A stretch of 64,000 nucleotides of DNA from Candidatus Bathyarchaeota archaeon (lineage in GTDB: Archaea > Thermoproteota > Bathyarchaeia > Bathyarchaeales > Bathycorpusculaceae). Below, piece after piece: positions 29,525 to 39,321 of the stretch; within the stretch, counting starts at the first letter, position 1, and every line of letters starts with the position of its first letter. The notes under the pieces are model-generated. The model was given only the letters and a program-made list of their open reading frames with translations. It did not search any database and was not told the origin of the DNA. The position numbers were made by a program, and so were the translations under genes. The stretch lies in assembly GCA_963772455.1 (NCBI GenBank), contig CAVYXJ010000010.1:32001-96000 (forward strand). The letters run 5' to 3'.

Positions 29525-29895
29525 AGTACTTCCGCTTCGCGCCTCTACCAAATAGTAAAAGGGGTTATAAACGTTGCCTTCAAAAACGCAAAAGGATGGT
29601 ACAACTGTTGAAAAAATATTCAGGCACTTTCAGGTTATTTAGCGGTGCTAGATAAGCATTTTACATTTAGCTATCGTTTGCAACTAGGAAGATTTTCCCG
29701 TTCCAATCGTTAAGCTCATTTCTTTTACGATTTAATACTTTTGTAGGAGTAGTTATTTTAAAAAATTGGATTTAAGAAACAGAACGAGTTTGGAGTTATA
29801 TGATTTCTTATGAATCACCATCAAGAAAAGTGATTGAATTTTATTGGTCTTTAATGAAAACTCTTTTAGCCACAACAACAAATGTTTAGGCTGGA

Positions 29896-30021
29896 GCCGG
29901 GGTGGCGGAGTGGTTATCGCGCCAGCCTCGAGATCAAACAAAAGAGGGCTAAAGCCAGAAAATGGCAAGATAGCTGGTGGGCTTCGTGCTCGCAGGGGTT
30001 CGAATCCCTTCCCCGGCGCCA
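29896..30021 (+). tRNA. tRNA-Ser (CGA) with 39-nt intron at 37/38 (29933-29971), CCA encoded
   Basis: GCCGGGG acceptor pairs with CCCCGGC; CCAGC CT CGA G [intron] A GCTGG; long variable arm GGGCTTCGTGCTC; GGGG TTCGAAT CCCT. Confidence 0.93.
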
Positions 30022-30137
30022 TCAACTCAGCCATTTAACGAGTAGAAGAAGTGCAAATTTTTCAATCTTCTTCTATTGAACTTATTCTTTTAGCGCAACT
30101 AAATGCTAATCACAGAACCAAAAGATATTATTAATAC

Positions 30138-30695
30138 CTATTTTTCATTTGTCAATTCCAGAATTCTACTCCATTGTTCAGAAGTAAGTCGGAAGTTTGT
30201 GCCTTGCGGATTCATAAAAACCTGCATATTCAAGAGTGTTTTGTCTTCAACACATTCTCGTTGAAGAAGCGGCTTCTCTAAACATATCTTAAGGTATTCC
30301 ACATAAACACTGCATTTTTCTTGAAATTTGGTTAATTCATCTTTGTTAAGGAAATATTTCTCTTGATTGGGGTTAAGAGGATTCTTGACGGGATTATTCA
30401 ATATCTTACATAATGCAAAGATCCCCGCTTTCCGACCTGACCCCCAGACTGCAACTAAGTCACCTCTTTGAACAAGTTTTGAGTGTTGGCTTACCAGCCA
30501 TTGCTCAGGCTCTCGTGTTTCTTTTATTCTTTCAAACCAGTTGTACGCTGAAGGGTTAAACTGAAAAAGCCAATGTTTCGGTTGGGGTATAACATTAAGT
30601 AACGTTCCACAGCCCAGACAGAAATGACTACTGTTATACTGTTCAGCGGATTCTGTTTTTCTGCATCTTCTGCACTCAAACACTATTTTTGTCAA
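30138..30695 (-). CDS. EVE-domain protein with N-terminal Zn ribbon
   Basis: CRRC..CLGCG followed by HWLFQFNP, W, GDLVAVWGSG..GIFA and QGTNFRLT.EQW. Confidence 0.82.
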   Translation of the reverse strand: MTKIVFECRRCRKTESAEQYNSSHFCLGCGTLLNVIPQPKHWLFQFNPSAYNWFERIKETREPEQWLVSQHSKLVQRGDLVAVWGSGRKAGIFALCKILNNPVKNPLNPNQEKYFLNKDELTKFQEKCSVYVEYLKICLEKPLLQRECVEDKTLLNMQVFMNPQGTNFRLTSEQWSRILELTNEK

Positions 30696-31050
30696 ACAGC
30701 CACCTCTTTATTGTTAAAAAATAAGTTGAATCAAATCAATTTAACGTTTGAGTAATTTCATGCAGATCAACCAGGGGGTTGGTTTTTTTGGCTATAAAAT
30801 TTCACATGAAATCTCACGATGCATGGAAAATACCTTTGAGTTATGTATTAAGAAAGAAAGAGTCTGAAGAAAAAAGGGGGAAGGTGCGGAGAAACTGATT
30901 TGTTGGCGATATTTCCTCAAACTCGAGAGTTCGAATCCCTACCGAGTGCAATCGAAATACAATGGATAAATGTAATCTGCGGCTGTCGTAATTTGGGTTA
31001 ATTTTATATCCGAATCCAACAAAGTATTGTTTAATGAGAGGTTTAGCAAA

Positions 31051-31227
31051 ATGCAGAAGATTGCTGAGGGCATTAGTGACTTTGGTGATTTCAAGGCTGA
31101 CTTGTTTAAAACTTCAGATGGACGTCATTTTGTGCGATTTGAACCTTTGAAAAGTTTAGAAAAGCCACATGTTAGGTGGCTTTCTGGAAGTGACCATTTA
31201 GAATGGCTCAGATGCCTAGAAAGATAA
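31051..31227 (+). CDS. Small hypothetical protein
   Basis: ATG 31051 behind GAGAGG; 58 aa. Confidence 0.5.
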   Translation: MQKIAEGISDFGDFKADLFKTSDGRHFVRFEPLKSLEKPHVRWLSGSDHLEWLRCLER

Positions 31228-31316
31228 AGAATTGAAAACACATAAGCCCAACCTTTTAAATTGAAAAAATAAAAAATAGATAGTAATAAAAAAATTAAGA
31301 TAGTTCAAGAACGCTG

Positions 31317-33167
31317 TCATGTCATGTATGTAATATCGTCCCATGGATGTCTATAGAGACCTTGCTTGAGGCGTTTCTGGTCTAAAAAGTGAGCTGTCAT
31401 GCCGATGGTTCTGCCCAACAAGAACAAACCGTTGAGAGCACCCATCTTGATGTAATCATCTGCTTCTTCTTTTGGCATCTCGTTTCTGAGCATATCGACA
31501 AAGCAAATGCCTATGCAGCCATCCACGTTTAAGATGAGGTTGTCTTTCTTTTCGGTCGTCAGTTTCTCAACTTCAAGAGCATAATTTAGGAGCGGTGTAG
31601 CTTTGAAGTGCTTCTTTGCATATTCCTTCATGATTTTTACGCGCATATCAGGGTTGTTTACATTCTTGATTAAGTGACCAATTCCCTGAATATTTTCGCC
31701 TTTCTTCTTCATTTCTTCTACAAACATCGCTGGGGTTAAGCCTCTGTCGTAAGCATCTGAGAAGCTAAGAGCGGCACCATCTATGGCGCCCCCGAACCTT
31801 GGTCCGATAGTAAGCATGCCACTTGCAACCGATGACATCAAATCTTTGCCTGCCCGGGCTGCAACGATGGCATTGTGTGCACCTGAGACAGCGGGACCGT
31901 GGTCAGCTGTAACCATAATCGCCATCTCTATGAACTTAGTTGCATATGCTGGGAACTGACGTTTAAACCAGAGAATGCTCAATACGCCGCCTATACCTAT
32001 GTCCTGTTTGATCACTTCGGAAATTGGCATTTTTCCATAGAGCAGTTCTTCGCCTCGGTCGTCCGAAATAGTGCAGATAAAGTTTGAAGGCTTGCGAATG
32101 AGTCCTTCTTTTAGCGCCTTTGCGTAGTCCATCGGAATTTTCGGAACTGGGGGTTCCGGCTTTGGCTTGATGATTCCTTTCTTGACCAAGCTCTCATATG
32201 TCTCCCTTATCTTTAGGTCATAGTCATCATATGAATTTGGAACTATAGCGCCAGCAACTCGGAGAGCAGAATTCTTTGCGTCAGCAGTTTCCACTTCACA
32301 ACCAGCTTTTGCACCTGCGTGCCCAAACTGAACTTCGGTTTTGAATGCTTTAGAGCAGGTACCAGTAACCCAAATAACTAACGGCTTGGTTATTTTCTTA
32401 CATTTAAGCGCCTCAGCAATCTCGTATTCAGCGCTTCCGCCTACTTCGCCCAAGCAAACAAGCATCTTTACTTCAGGAATTTTCTCGAACCTTAGAAGGT
32501 GTTCAAGCAGCGAGGAGCCTGGGTAAGTATCTCCTCCTATAGCTATTCCTTCGTACAAACCATCTGTATTCCGAGCAATGATGTTGTATGCCTCGTTGCT
32601 TAAACCGCCGGATTTAGATACAAATCCTACGGAGCCTGGTCTGTGGAGTTTTGAGTCTATAATATTTTCGATTGTGCCGCCAGCGTTACCAATCTTGAAG
32701 CACCCAGCTTTTATTCCTCCAACTGTTGCTGGACCAATGATGACTTTTCCAAGGACTTTGGCCTTGGCTGTGACCATTTTCATTCTCCTCTCAGGCACGC
32801 CCTCGGCGATTATGACAACTATCCGTATCTGTGGAATGTCTAAAGCTTCTTCAGAAGAGGGTCCGGCTGACCTGAAAGACGCAAAGTTTATCATTACATC
32901 AACGCTGGGATGCATCTTCGCAGCTTTCTCTATGGTTTTGTATATGGGTATCAGAATCTCACTTTTTCCAAAGAAAAATTTTGAGAAGCTGTCTGCACCC
33001 GTAGGGTTGATTATTGCTGCAACTGACGGTGTCTTGCGACCTGCCGCATAATCGAAGTCAAGCATCCTTTGCGTTGCGTTAACTTGGTTATTGTAAATGA
33101 ATGATTGAGTGTTGCAACTAAACAGTTCATTTTGGGAAGTCATCTTAGCTGGTTGTTTCTTCGGCAT
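31317..33167 (-). CDS. aclA: ATP-citrate lyase alpha subunit (SCS-alpha-like domain plus citryl-CoA lyase domain)
   Basis: QRMLDFD, NFASFRSA, IIGPATVGG, phospho-His QFGHAGA, DHGPAVSGAHN, IGPRFGGA and LILNVDG. Confidence 0.95.
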   Translation of the reverse strand: MPKKQPAKMTSQNELFSCNTQSFIYNNQVNATQRMLDFDYAAGRKTPSVAAIINPTGADSFSKFFFGKSEILIPIYKTIEKAAKMHPSVDVMINFASFRSAGPSSEEALDIPQIRIVVIIAEGVPERRMKMVTAKAKVLGKVIIGPATVGGIKAGCFKIGNAGGTIENIIDSKLHRPGSVGFVSKSGGLSNEAYNIIARNTDGLYEGIAIGGDTYPGSSLLEHLLRFEKIPEVKMLVCLGEVGGSAEYEIAEALKCKKITKPLVIWVTGTCSKAFKTEVQFGHAGAKAGCEVETADAKNSALRVAGAIVPNSYDDYDLKIRETYESLVKKGIIKPKPEPPVPKIPMDYAKALKEGLIRKPSNFICTISDDRGEELLYGKMPISEVIKQDIGIGGVLSILWFKRQFPAYATKFIEMAIMVTADHGPAVSGAHNAIVAARAGKDLMSSVASGMLTIGPRFGGAIDGAALSFSDAYDRGLTPAMFVEEMKKKGENIQGIGHLIKNVNNPDMRVKIMKEYAKKHFKATPLLNYALEVEKLTTEKKDNLILNVDGCIGICFVDMLRNEMPKEEADDYIKMGALNGLFLLGRTIGMTAHFLDQKRLKQGLYRHPWDDITYMT

Positions 33168-33168
33168 T

Positions 33169-34482
33169 TTATTTTCCTCCTTTCAAAGCCATAGAAACAA
33201 TCGTAGTCATGTGAGTTTCCGGTCCATACACTTCAATCGGCACGCCTAGCTTCTCGCCCAACGCCCGCATCTGACTTAGACCTTCCCGGTAGTTTGGCCC
33301 ACCCCTACGAACAAAGATCTTGACCTTGTTGTCCTGAAGCTTATTTTGGAATTCGTGTAGAGCCTTAATTATCCCCTTAAAGGTGTTAGCTACATCGGTG
33401 AAATTCGCTATGCCGCCCCCGATGAGGAGGAACTTACCCTTCGGGTGTACCTTCCGAGTCATAACGTCAAGTATCGTTTTGGCATAAAGATATGTAAATT
33501 CCTCGCTGGGGTCACCGGAGTATTCGCCGTAATTAGCTAATTCATGCATAAAGCCAAGGTCGGTGATGGTGTCTGCGTAAATTACTGATGCACCCCCTCC
33601 GGCCACCATTGTCCATACTCTTCCTTCAGGATTTAAAATTGTAAGCTTAAGAGAAGCCCCCGTCTGGGAGTCCAATTCCTCAACGTAAGCTTCTTCTTTG
33701 GTAAGTGCTCGACCAAAAGGTGCTGGAAACTCTATTTTGCCCCATTTGCTTCCGCTCTCGAATTCAGCGGTGCTGTCGAGTTTTGCTGCAAGATCAAGTG
33801 GAATGATTAAATCCTTGGTAACCACAAGCGGATTTATTTCTAAGTAAGTGAAGTTTAAGTCTGCATAGAATTTGAATAAACCCTCGACAAAACCTGCAAA
33901 GCGTTTTTTGCGGTCATCGGTTACTTTTCCAAGAAGCTTCTTTTCAATTTCCGAGGACGTTGGGAATGTACCAATAGGTACTTCCAGCCGCGTCGCTTTG
34001 GCATCTACATCTCCAACGTTCACTCCGCCTTCAGGGTAAAACATGATCGTGTCGCCATCTTTGGTTGATATTATTGCAACGTAACATTCATCTGAATCCT
34101 TATGGGGTATCATTGGTTCAATGATGAAGTGAGTTAATTGCCCGACTGTACCTCTGTCGGTGGGTTTTCCTTCTGCATCAAACTGGCCGTGGAGTATTAT
34201 AGGTTCTTTGGATTTCTCCATTATCCATTCTTTAGCCTGGTCGAAGTTCGCACCAACAAGAATAAGTTTGTTCTTTCCCCTTCGTTTTATCAGTTGGTCA
34301 GGTTTGACTACCAATTTTTCGGTGGTTAACCACTTGTGTTGGCTGGGCAGTTTTGTTATGTCTGTTCTTGGTCCAACTGTGACGATTTTATCTGATATTT
34401 CGTATTTTCCATCAGAGTAGTCTTTGAATAAACGAGCCAGCATACATTTGCCATCTGCTTCTCTAATTGCTTTATGCGCCAT
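33169..34482 (-). CDS. aclB: ATP-citrate lyase beta subunit
   Basis: LVVKPDQLIKRRGK, YLEINP, WTMVAGGGASVIYAD, ANYGEYSG, GGGIANFT and RRGGPNY. Confidence 0.95.
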   Translation of the reverse strand: MAHKAIREADGKCMLARLFKDYSDGKYEISDKIVTVGPRTDITKLPSQHKWLTTEKLVVKPDQLIKRRGKNKLILVGANFDQAKEWIMEKSKEPIILHGQFDAEGKPTDRGTVGQLTHFIIEPMIPHKDSDECYVAIISTKDGDTIMFYPEGGVNVGDVDAKATRLEVPIGTFPTSSEIEKKLLGKVTDDRKKRFAGFVEGLFKFYADLNFTYLEINPLVVTKDLIIPLDLAAKLDSTAEFESGSKWGKIEFPAPFGRALTKEEAYVEELDSQTGASLKLTILNPEGRVWTMVAGGGASVIYADTITDLGFMHELANYGEYSGDPSEEFTYLYAKTILDVMTRKVHPKGKFLLIGGGIANFTDVANTFKGIIKALHEFQNKLQDNKVKIFVRRGGPNYREGLSQMRALGEKLGVPIEVYGPETHMTTIVSMALKGGK

Positions 34483-34493
34483 TTTATTATCCT

Positions 34494-35711
34494 CTAATCA
34501 AACTTTTTCTTGAGTTTTTCAGCTACTTCAGCAATAAATTCCTCGGTGGACACGTTCTTGTTCTTTGGGTTCGGTGTGGCAACAACCATCAAATCGCCAG
34601 TCATTATACCGTCCTCGACAGTTTCAAGAGCTGCCTCTTCGAGCTTATTTGCGAATTCTACGACTTCTGGTGTCTGATCCAATTCACCTCGCTTTTTGAG
34701 GCAGCCTGTCCAAGCAAATATTATAGCTATGGAGTTGCTTGAGGTCCTTTCACCTTTCTGATACTTGTAATAATGCTTCTGAACAGTGCCGTGGGATGCT
34801 TCAAACTCGTAGAATCCTTGTGGACTTACAAGGACGGAAGTCATCATTGCTAAGCTACCATAGGCTGAACCCAACATGTCGCTCATAACGTCACCATCAT
34901 AATTCTTGCAAGCCCATAACAAACCACCCTCAGTTTTCATAATTCTGGCTACCGCATCATCGATGAGCGTGAAGAAATATTCGAGTCCAGCTTCCTTGAA
35001 TTTAGATTTCCAGTTAGCTTCGTACTCTTGCTCGAAAATCTTCTTGAATTGAGCATCGTACGTCTTAGATATTGTGTCCTTTGCTCCGAACCACAGGTTG
35101 ATTTTCTGGTCGTAAGCATAAGTAAAGCAAGCCTTAGCAAAGCTCCCGATTGATTTGTCAGTGTTGTGTATCCCTTGGATTATGCCGGAACCCTTGAAAT
35201 CCTGGATTGTCCCACGCCAAAGCTCCTTGCCGGCGCAGTTGGTAAACACCATCTCGGCTTTTCCCGCTTCTGGAACTCTGTATTCACAGTTCTTATACAC
35301 ATCTCCGTAAGCATGTCTCCCAATGTGAATAGGTTTATTCCATGACCTAACTGCAGGCAAAACATTTCGAACCAAAATCGGCGCCCTAAAAACCGTACCA
35401 TCTAATGCAGCTCGGATTGTTCCGTTTGGACTGCTCCATTCCTGCTTGAGGTTGTATTCTTTCACTCGATCCTTGTTGGGCGTGATGGTAGCGCATTTGA
35501 CTCCGACACCATATTTTTTAATGGCCTCAGCTGCTTCAAGCGTTATCTTGTCGTCTGTTTCATCTCTTTTTTTTAGTTGAAGGTCGTAGTAGACGAGGTT
35601 CATGTCGAGGTATGGTAAAAGAAGTTTGTCTTTTACCATTTGCCACATCACTCGGGTCATTTCGTCGCCGTCAATTTCAACTATTGGTGATTTTACGTTT
35701 ATTTTGTTCAT
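34494..35711 (-). CDS. icd: NADP-dependent isocitrate dehydrogenase (IDH1-like family)
   Basis: [37 protein letters not shown] and EASHGTV. Confidence 0.95.
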   Translation of the reverse strand: MNKINVKSPIVEIDGDEMTRVMWQMVKDKLLLPYLDMNLVYYDLQLKKRDETDDKITLEAAEAIKKYGVGVKCATITPNKDRVKEYNLKQEWSSPNGTIRAALDGTVFRAPILVRNVLPAVRSWNKPIHIGRHAYGDVYKNCEYRVPEAGKAEMVFTNCAGKELWRGTIQDFKGSGIIQGIHNTDKSIGSFAKACFTYAYDQKINLWFGAKDTISKTYDAQFKKIFEQEYEANWKSKFKEAGLEYFFTLIDDAVARIMKTEGGLLWACKNYDGDVMSDMLGSAYGSLAMMTSVLVSPQGFYEFEASHGTVQKHYYKYQKGERTSSNSIAIIFAWTGCLKKRGELDQTPEVVEFANKLEEAALETVEDGIMTGDLMVVATPNPKNKNVSTEEFIAEVAEKLKKKFD

Positions 35712-35722
35712 AATTTACGCCT

Positions 35723-37657
35723 CTATTTTTTGACTGTGTAGGGGAGTAAGCCGCCTTCAAAGAGTATGTCCTTCTGTCTTTGCGAAAGGTTGTAACTAAG
35801 CTCTATTTTGAGGTTCTTAGTTTTATCAACCAAAACGACTGGCTCATTATGCTCTAGTTTCTTCTTCAGGGTAGGCAACTCAATTTCGTCACCCTGATCG
35901 ATTTTGTTATAGTCATCCATATTCTTGAAAGACAGTGAGATTATACCGAAGTTGACTAGGTTGGCTGCGTGAATTCTCTCAACGGATTTTGCTATTATTG
36001 CTTTAACTCCCAGATACATTGGGCAAAGGGCAGCGTGCTCTCTTGAACTTCCTTGGCCATAAGAGTCTCCCGCTACTATAACAGTTGCTAATCCTTTAGA
36101 TTTGGCGTCCATTGCTCTTTTTGGGAAGTCTTTGTCAAGCGGTTCGAAAACATATTTGGAATATTCGGGTACGTTAGAGCGGTACTTGAGTCTAGCTCCA
36201 GCGGGCATGATATGGTCGGTTGTGATTTTATCACCTACTTTTATGCCAATAACGCCTTTGATTTCTTCGGGCATTTTGTCGTTAACTGGCGGCGCACCGA
36301 TGTTGGGTCCCCTTACAATCTCGACATTTTTGTCTGCATTCGTGGGAAAAATGAACATGGAATCATCAACAAGGAACTTGTTTGGCATATCCACTTGTGG
36401 ATAAGTTATGCCCGCCTTTCGGGGATCAGTCATCTTGCCAGCAATTGCTGATACAGCCGCAACCTCGGGGCTTACAAGGTAAACTTGAGCGTCTACGGTG
36501 CCGCTTCGTCCCTCAAAATTCCTATTACTTGTCCTAAGAGAAACGCCTGTTGATTTGGGGCTTTGGCTATTGCCGATACAGAAGCCACAGGTTGCTTCAA
36601 GCAATCTAGCACCGCTATCTACAAGATCACCGATGTAACCGTCTTTTGTTGCCATCTGAAGAACTTGTCTTGAGCCTGGCGCAATCCCAAACGATACGTC
36701 TGGATGAACTTTTTTACCCTTCATAATTTTGGCGGCGGTGACTATTTCTTTGTACGATGAATTCGTACATGAACCAAGCATAACTTGGTCTACTTTTAAG
36801 TCTTTCAAATCACTTACTTTAACAATGTTACCTGGACTATGCGGTGCAGCTGCCAAAGGCTCCAATTCGCCAAGATCTAAGTCAATCACTTTATCGTATT
36901 CAGCGTCATCGTCAGCCTTTAGCTCGACCCAATCTGCCTCTCTACCTTGAGCTTTTAGGAACTTCAGCGTTTCTTCATCTGATGGAAATATAGAGGTTGT
37001 AACACCCATCTCTGCGCCCATATTGGTGATTGTGGCCCTTTCTGGGACAGAAAGAGTCTTTACGCCAGACCCCCCATATTCCATGACGACTCCTACATTG
37101 CCTTTCACCGTGAAAATTTCCAACATCTTCAAAACTACATCTTTGGCGCTTACCCAAGGTTGAAGGGTACCCTTCATATTTATCTTGTAAACTTTTGGAC
37201 AAGTTATGTAGAACTCTCCCCCACCCATAGCGACAGCAACGTCTAAGCCGCCAGCTCCAATGGCTATCATGCCTATTCCCCCTCCAGTTGTTGTATGGCT
37301 GTCAGAACCAAGAAGTGTTTTTCCGGGTTTACCGAATCTTTCCAGATGAACTTGATGACATATTCCGTTTCCTGCCTTCGAATAAATGATGCCATATTTG
37401 GCAGCAACTGTTTGAAGGTACTTATGGTCGTCCGCGTTCTCGAAACCCACTTGGATGGTATTGTGGTCTACATAGCTAACCGAAAGCTCGGTTTTCACCT
37501 GTTTTAGGCCCATTGCCTCGAATTGTAAGTAAGCCATCGTTCCTGTGGCGTCCTGGGTTAGGGTTTGATCAATTTTTATGCCTATTTCTTTTCCTGGCAC
37601 ATATTCACCGACTACCAGATGCTTTTCTATTATCTTACGAGTAAGGGACTTTCCCAT
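35723..37657 (-). CDS. acnA: Aconitate hydratase (single-chain, about 640 aa)
   Basis: QDATG, DHN, GICHQ, GSDSHT, GSCTN, CGFCIG, NRNFEGRSG, TTDHI and GSSREHAA. Confidence 0.93.
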   Translation of the reverse strand: MGKSLTRKIIEKHLVVGEYVPGKEIGIKIDQTLTQDATGTMAYLQFEAMGLKQVKTELSVSYVDHNTIQVGFENADDHKYLQTVAAKYGIIYSKAGNGICHQVHLERFGKPGKTLLGSDSHTTTGGGIGMIAIGAGGLDVAVAMGGGEFYITCPKVYKINMKGTLQPWVSAKDVVLKMLEIFTVKGNVGVVMEYGGSGVKTLSVPERATITNMGAEMGVTTSIFPSDEETLKFLKAQGREADWVELKADDDAEYDKVIDLDLGELEPLAAAPHSPGNIVKVSDLKDLKVDQVMLGSCTNSSYKEIVTAAKIMKGKKVHPDVSFGIAPGSRQVLQMATKDGYIGDLVDSGARLLEATCGFCIGNSQSPKSTGVSLRTSNRNFEGRSGTVDAQVYLVSPEVAAVSAIAGKMTDPRKAGITYPQVDMPNKFLVDDSMFIFPTNADKNVEIVRGPNIGAPPVNDKMPEEIKGVIGIKVGDKITTDHIMPAGARLKYRSNVPEYSKYVFEPLDKDFPKRAMDAKSKGLATVIVAGDSYGQGSSREHAALCPMYLGVKAIIAKSVERIHAANLVNFGIISLSFKNMDDYNKIDQGDEIELPTLKKKLEHNEPVVLVDKTKNLKIELSYNLSQRQKDILFEGGLLPYTVKK

Positions 37658-37942
37658 ATTGCCTCATCCTTTGGAAAGATTTGACTTTCTTTTGCTAATA
37701 TAAAGATTGTCATTTATACGACAAATATCATCTGACATTGACTTAAAATTTCTGATTTTTACTTATCATATCAGTTAATTTTATCCATAGCTCATAAAGA
37801 GGGTTTGTTAAACTCTGGAAGAAAGAACAATGCAAATGATCTCTTATTATTAGACAATTTCAAATTTTTAACCAGAGGCTAATTTTAGTTCAATATTGGA
37901 TTAATTAAAACTAAAAAAAAGTTGTTGTTATTATTTGGCTGC

Positions 37943-38092
37943 TTATTTCTTTCTGAACAATAATAGGTCAAACAAAGCTCCTAAAATAATGATTGCAACA
38001 AACAATTCAGCGATTGCTGGATCAAAGTACATATCAGCTGCAGATTAAGGTCGAGTCTCAGTTGGAGCTATCGTTGGATGAGCTGGGTTAAC
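37943..38092 (-). pseudogene. Decayed 3'-end fragment of a paralogue of the 40584-43115 surface-protein gene
   Basis: Translates VNPAHPTIAPTETRP*SAADMYFDPAIAELFVAIIILGALFDLLLFRKK*, versus VDPAHPTAAPTEIPPQSTADMYFVPAIAGLFVLIIIV..RKHP; internal TAA at 38045-38047. Confidence 0.85.
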
Positions 38093-38182
38093 CACTATGT
38101 CTACCTAATTAAAGCGAAAATTTACGCTTTGACCAATCAAATCTAAGTCAGTTCAATAGAATTTGCGATTAATTTAAATACA

Positions 38183-39211
38183 ATGAAAAGACGCATGAAT
38201 TCTGAAGGGGCGTCAATCTTTACATCACCTATTAGTGATATCCAAGCAAAAATTCTCAGAGAACTAATAGCAGATGGACGACAAACTGTTGCCGACATTG
38301 CGAAAAAAATAGGAAAAACAAAAAAAACTGTTAAAAATAATTACGAAAAACTTGAAAAAATGGGAATTATTACAGGTGCAACAACCCACATTAATTACAG
38401 ATTATTCGGATACAAAGCAGTTGCACATATCTTAATCACTGTGGACCCGTTACAAGCAGATAGACTTGAAAAATACTTACAAGAAATGCCTTGGGTTTAC
38501 AGTTTTTATAGTCGAGGAATCAAAGGAAACATCGACGTAATTGCAATTCTCACAACTCTTGACCAACTAAATAGAATTAAGGACCTGCTCAAAAGTAACT
38601 TTAAAGTCCTGGAAGTAAAGACTGGCATTTGGACTGATGTAAAAGAAATGAATCAGAATTTAGCAATAACTGATAATATCCGTAAATCTTCATTACCCTC
38701 CCCTAATATTGTGCCGAAATTAGAAATACGAAGGAAATCTACTAACGTTGTAATTGATGAAATTGACCAAAAAATTGCAGATATCCTGGCTGAGGATGGA
38801 CGTATTTCTATTGAGGATATTGGAAAAAGAATTGGTATTTCAGCTGGTCTTGCTAAGAAAAAATACGAAAAATTAAGGGACAATGGAATATTAAAAATTA
38901 CAATTCAAGTTAACCTAAAAAAGATCGGTTACTCTGCAATGTGCATATTCTTCACAGTAATTTCAGGTGAAAATTCTGTTTCAATTATTCAACAAATCAG
39001 CAAAATACCTGAAGTAATTAGCATAATGAAAACCACTGGAGATTACGACCTACAAATATATGCAATTATCCAAAATATTGATCAATTACTTTTCATTCAA
39101 GAAGAAATTTCAAAGATTGAGGGAATAAGTAAATTCGATTTGGAACTGTTGCGTTTTAGCGAGATGCTAACGAAGTGGCCCTCTCCGAGACAATACATTT
39201 CAACCTTCTAA
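38183..39211 (+). CDS. Lrp/AsnC-family regulator with two tandem HTH-RAM units
   Basis: ILRELIADGR..IAKKIG..YEKLEKMGII and DQKIADILAEDGR..YEKLRDNGIL; TTGDYDL. Confidence 0.9.
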   Translation: MKRRMNSEGASIFTSPISDIQAKILRELIADGRQTVADIAKKIGKTKKTVKNNYEKLEKMGIITGATTHINYRLFGYKAVAHILITVDPLQADRLEKYLQEMPWVYSFYSRGIKGNIDVIAILTTLDQLNRIKDLLKSNFKVLEVKTGIWTDVKEMNQNLAITDNIRKSSLPSPNIVPKLEIRRKSTNVVIDEIDQKIADILAEDGRISIEDIGKRIGISAGLAKKKYEKLRDNGILKITIQVNLKKIGYSAMCIFFTVISGENSVSIIQQISKIPEVISIMKTTGDYDLQIYAIIQNIDQLLFIQEEISKIEGISKFDLELLRFSEMLTKWPSPRQYISTF

Positions 39212-39321
39212 GGACGAAAACTTACAGACTAAAAATACTGGCAGCTTAATACCTAAAACAAGATAGCGTAGGTTCAAACTTGAAATTTGAAGTTGAGAAG
39301 CAGGGAATAGAAGGCGTCTAG

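Noticed and set aside
29753-30079. Three short ORFs (29753-30034, 29844-30038, 29882-30079)
   Set aside because: They overlap the tRNA-Ser gene and are shadow frames.
30921-30950. Additional or split tRNA gene
   Set aside because: Only a T-arm-like hairpin is present, with no acceptor, D or anticodon arm and no complementary leader; kept only as a possible att scar.
38045-38047. Stop-codon recoding (Sec/Pyl) in the 37943-38092 fragment
   Set aside because: The stop is TAA replacing CAA in a fragment that has no start and other disruptive substitutions in the TM; this is simple decay.
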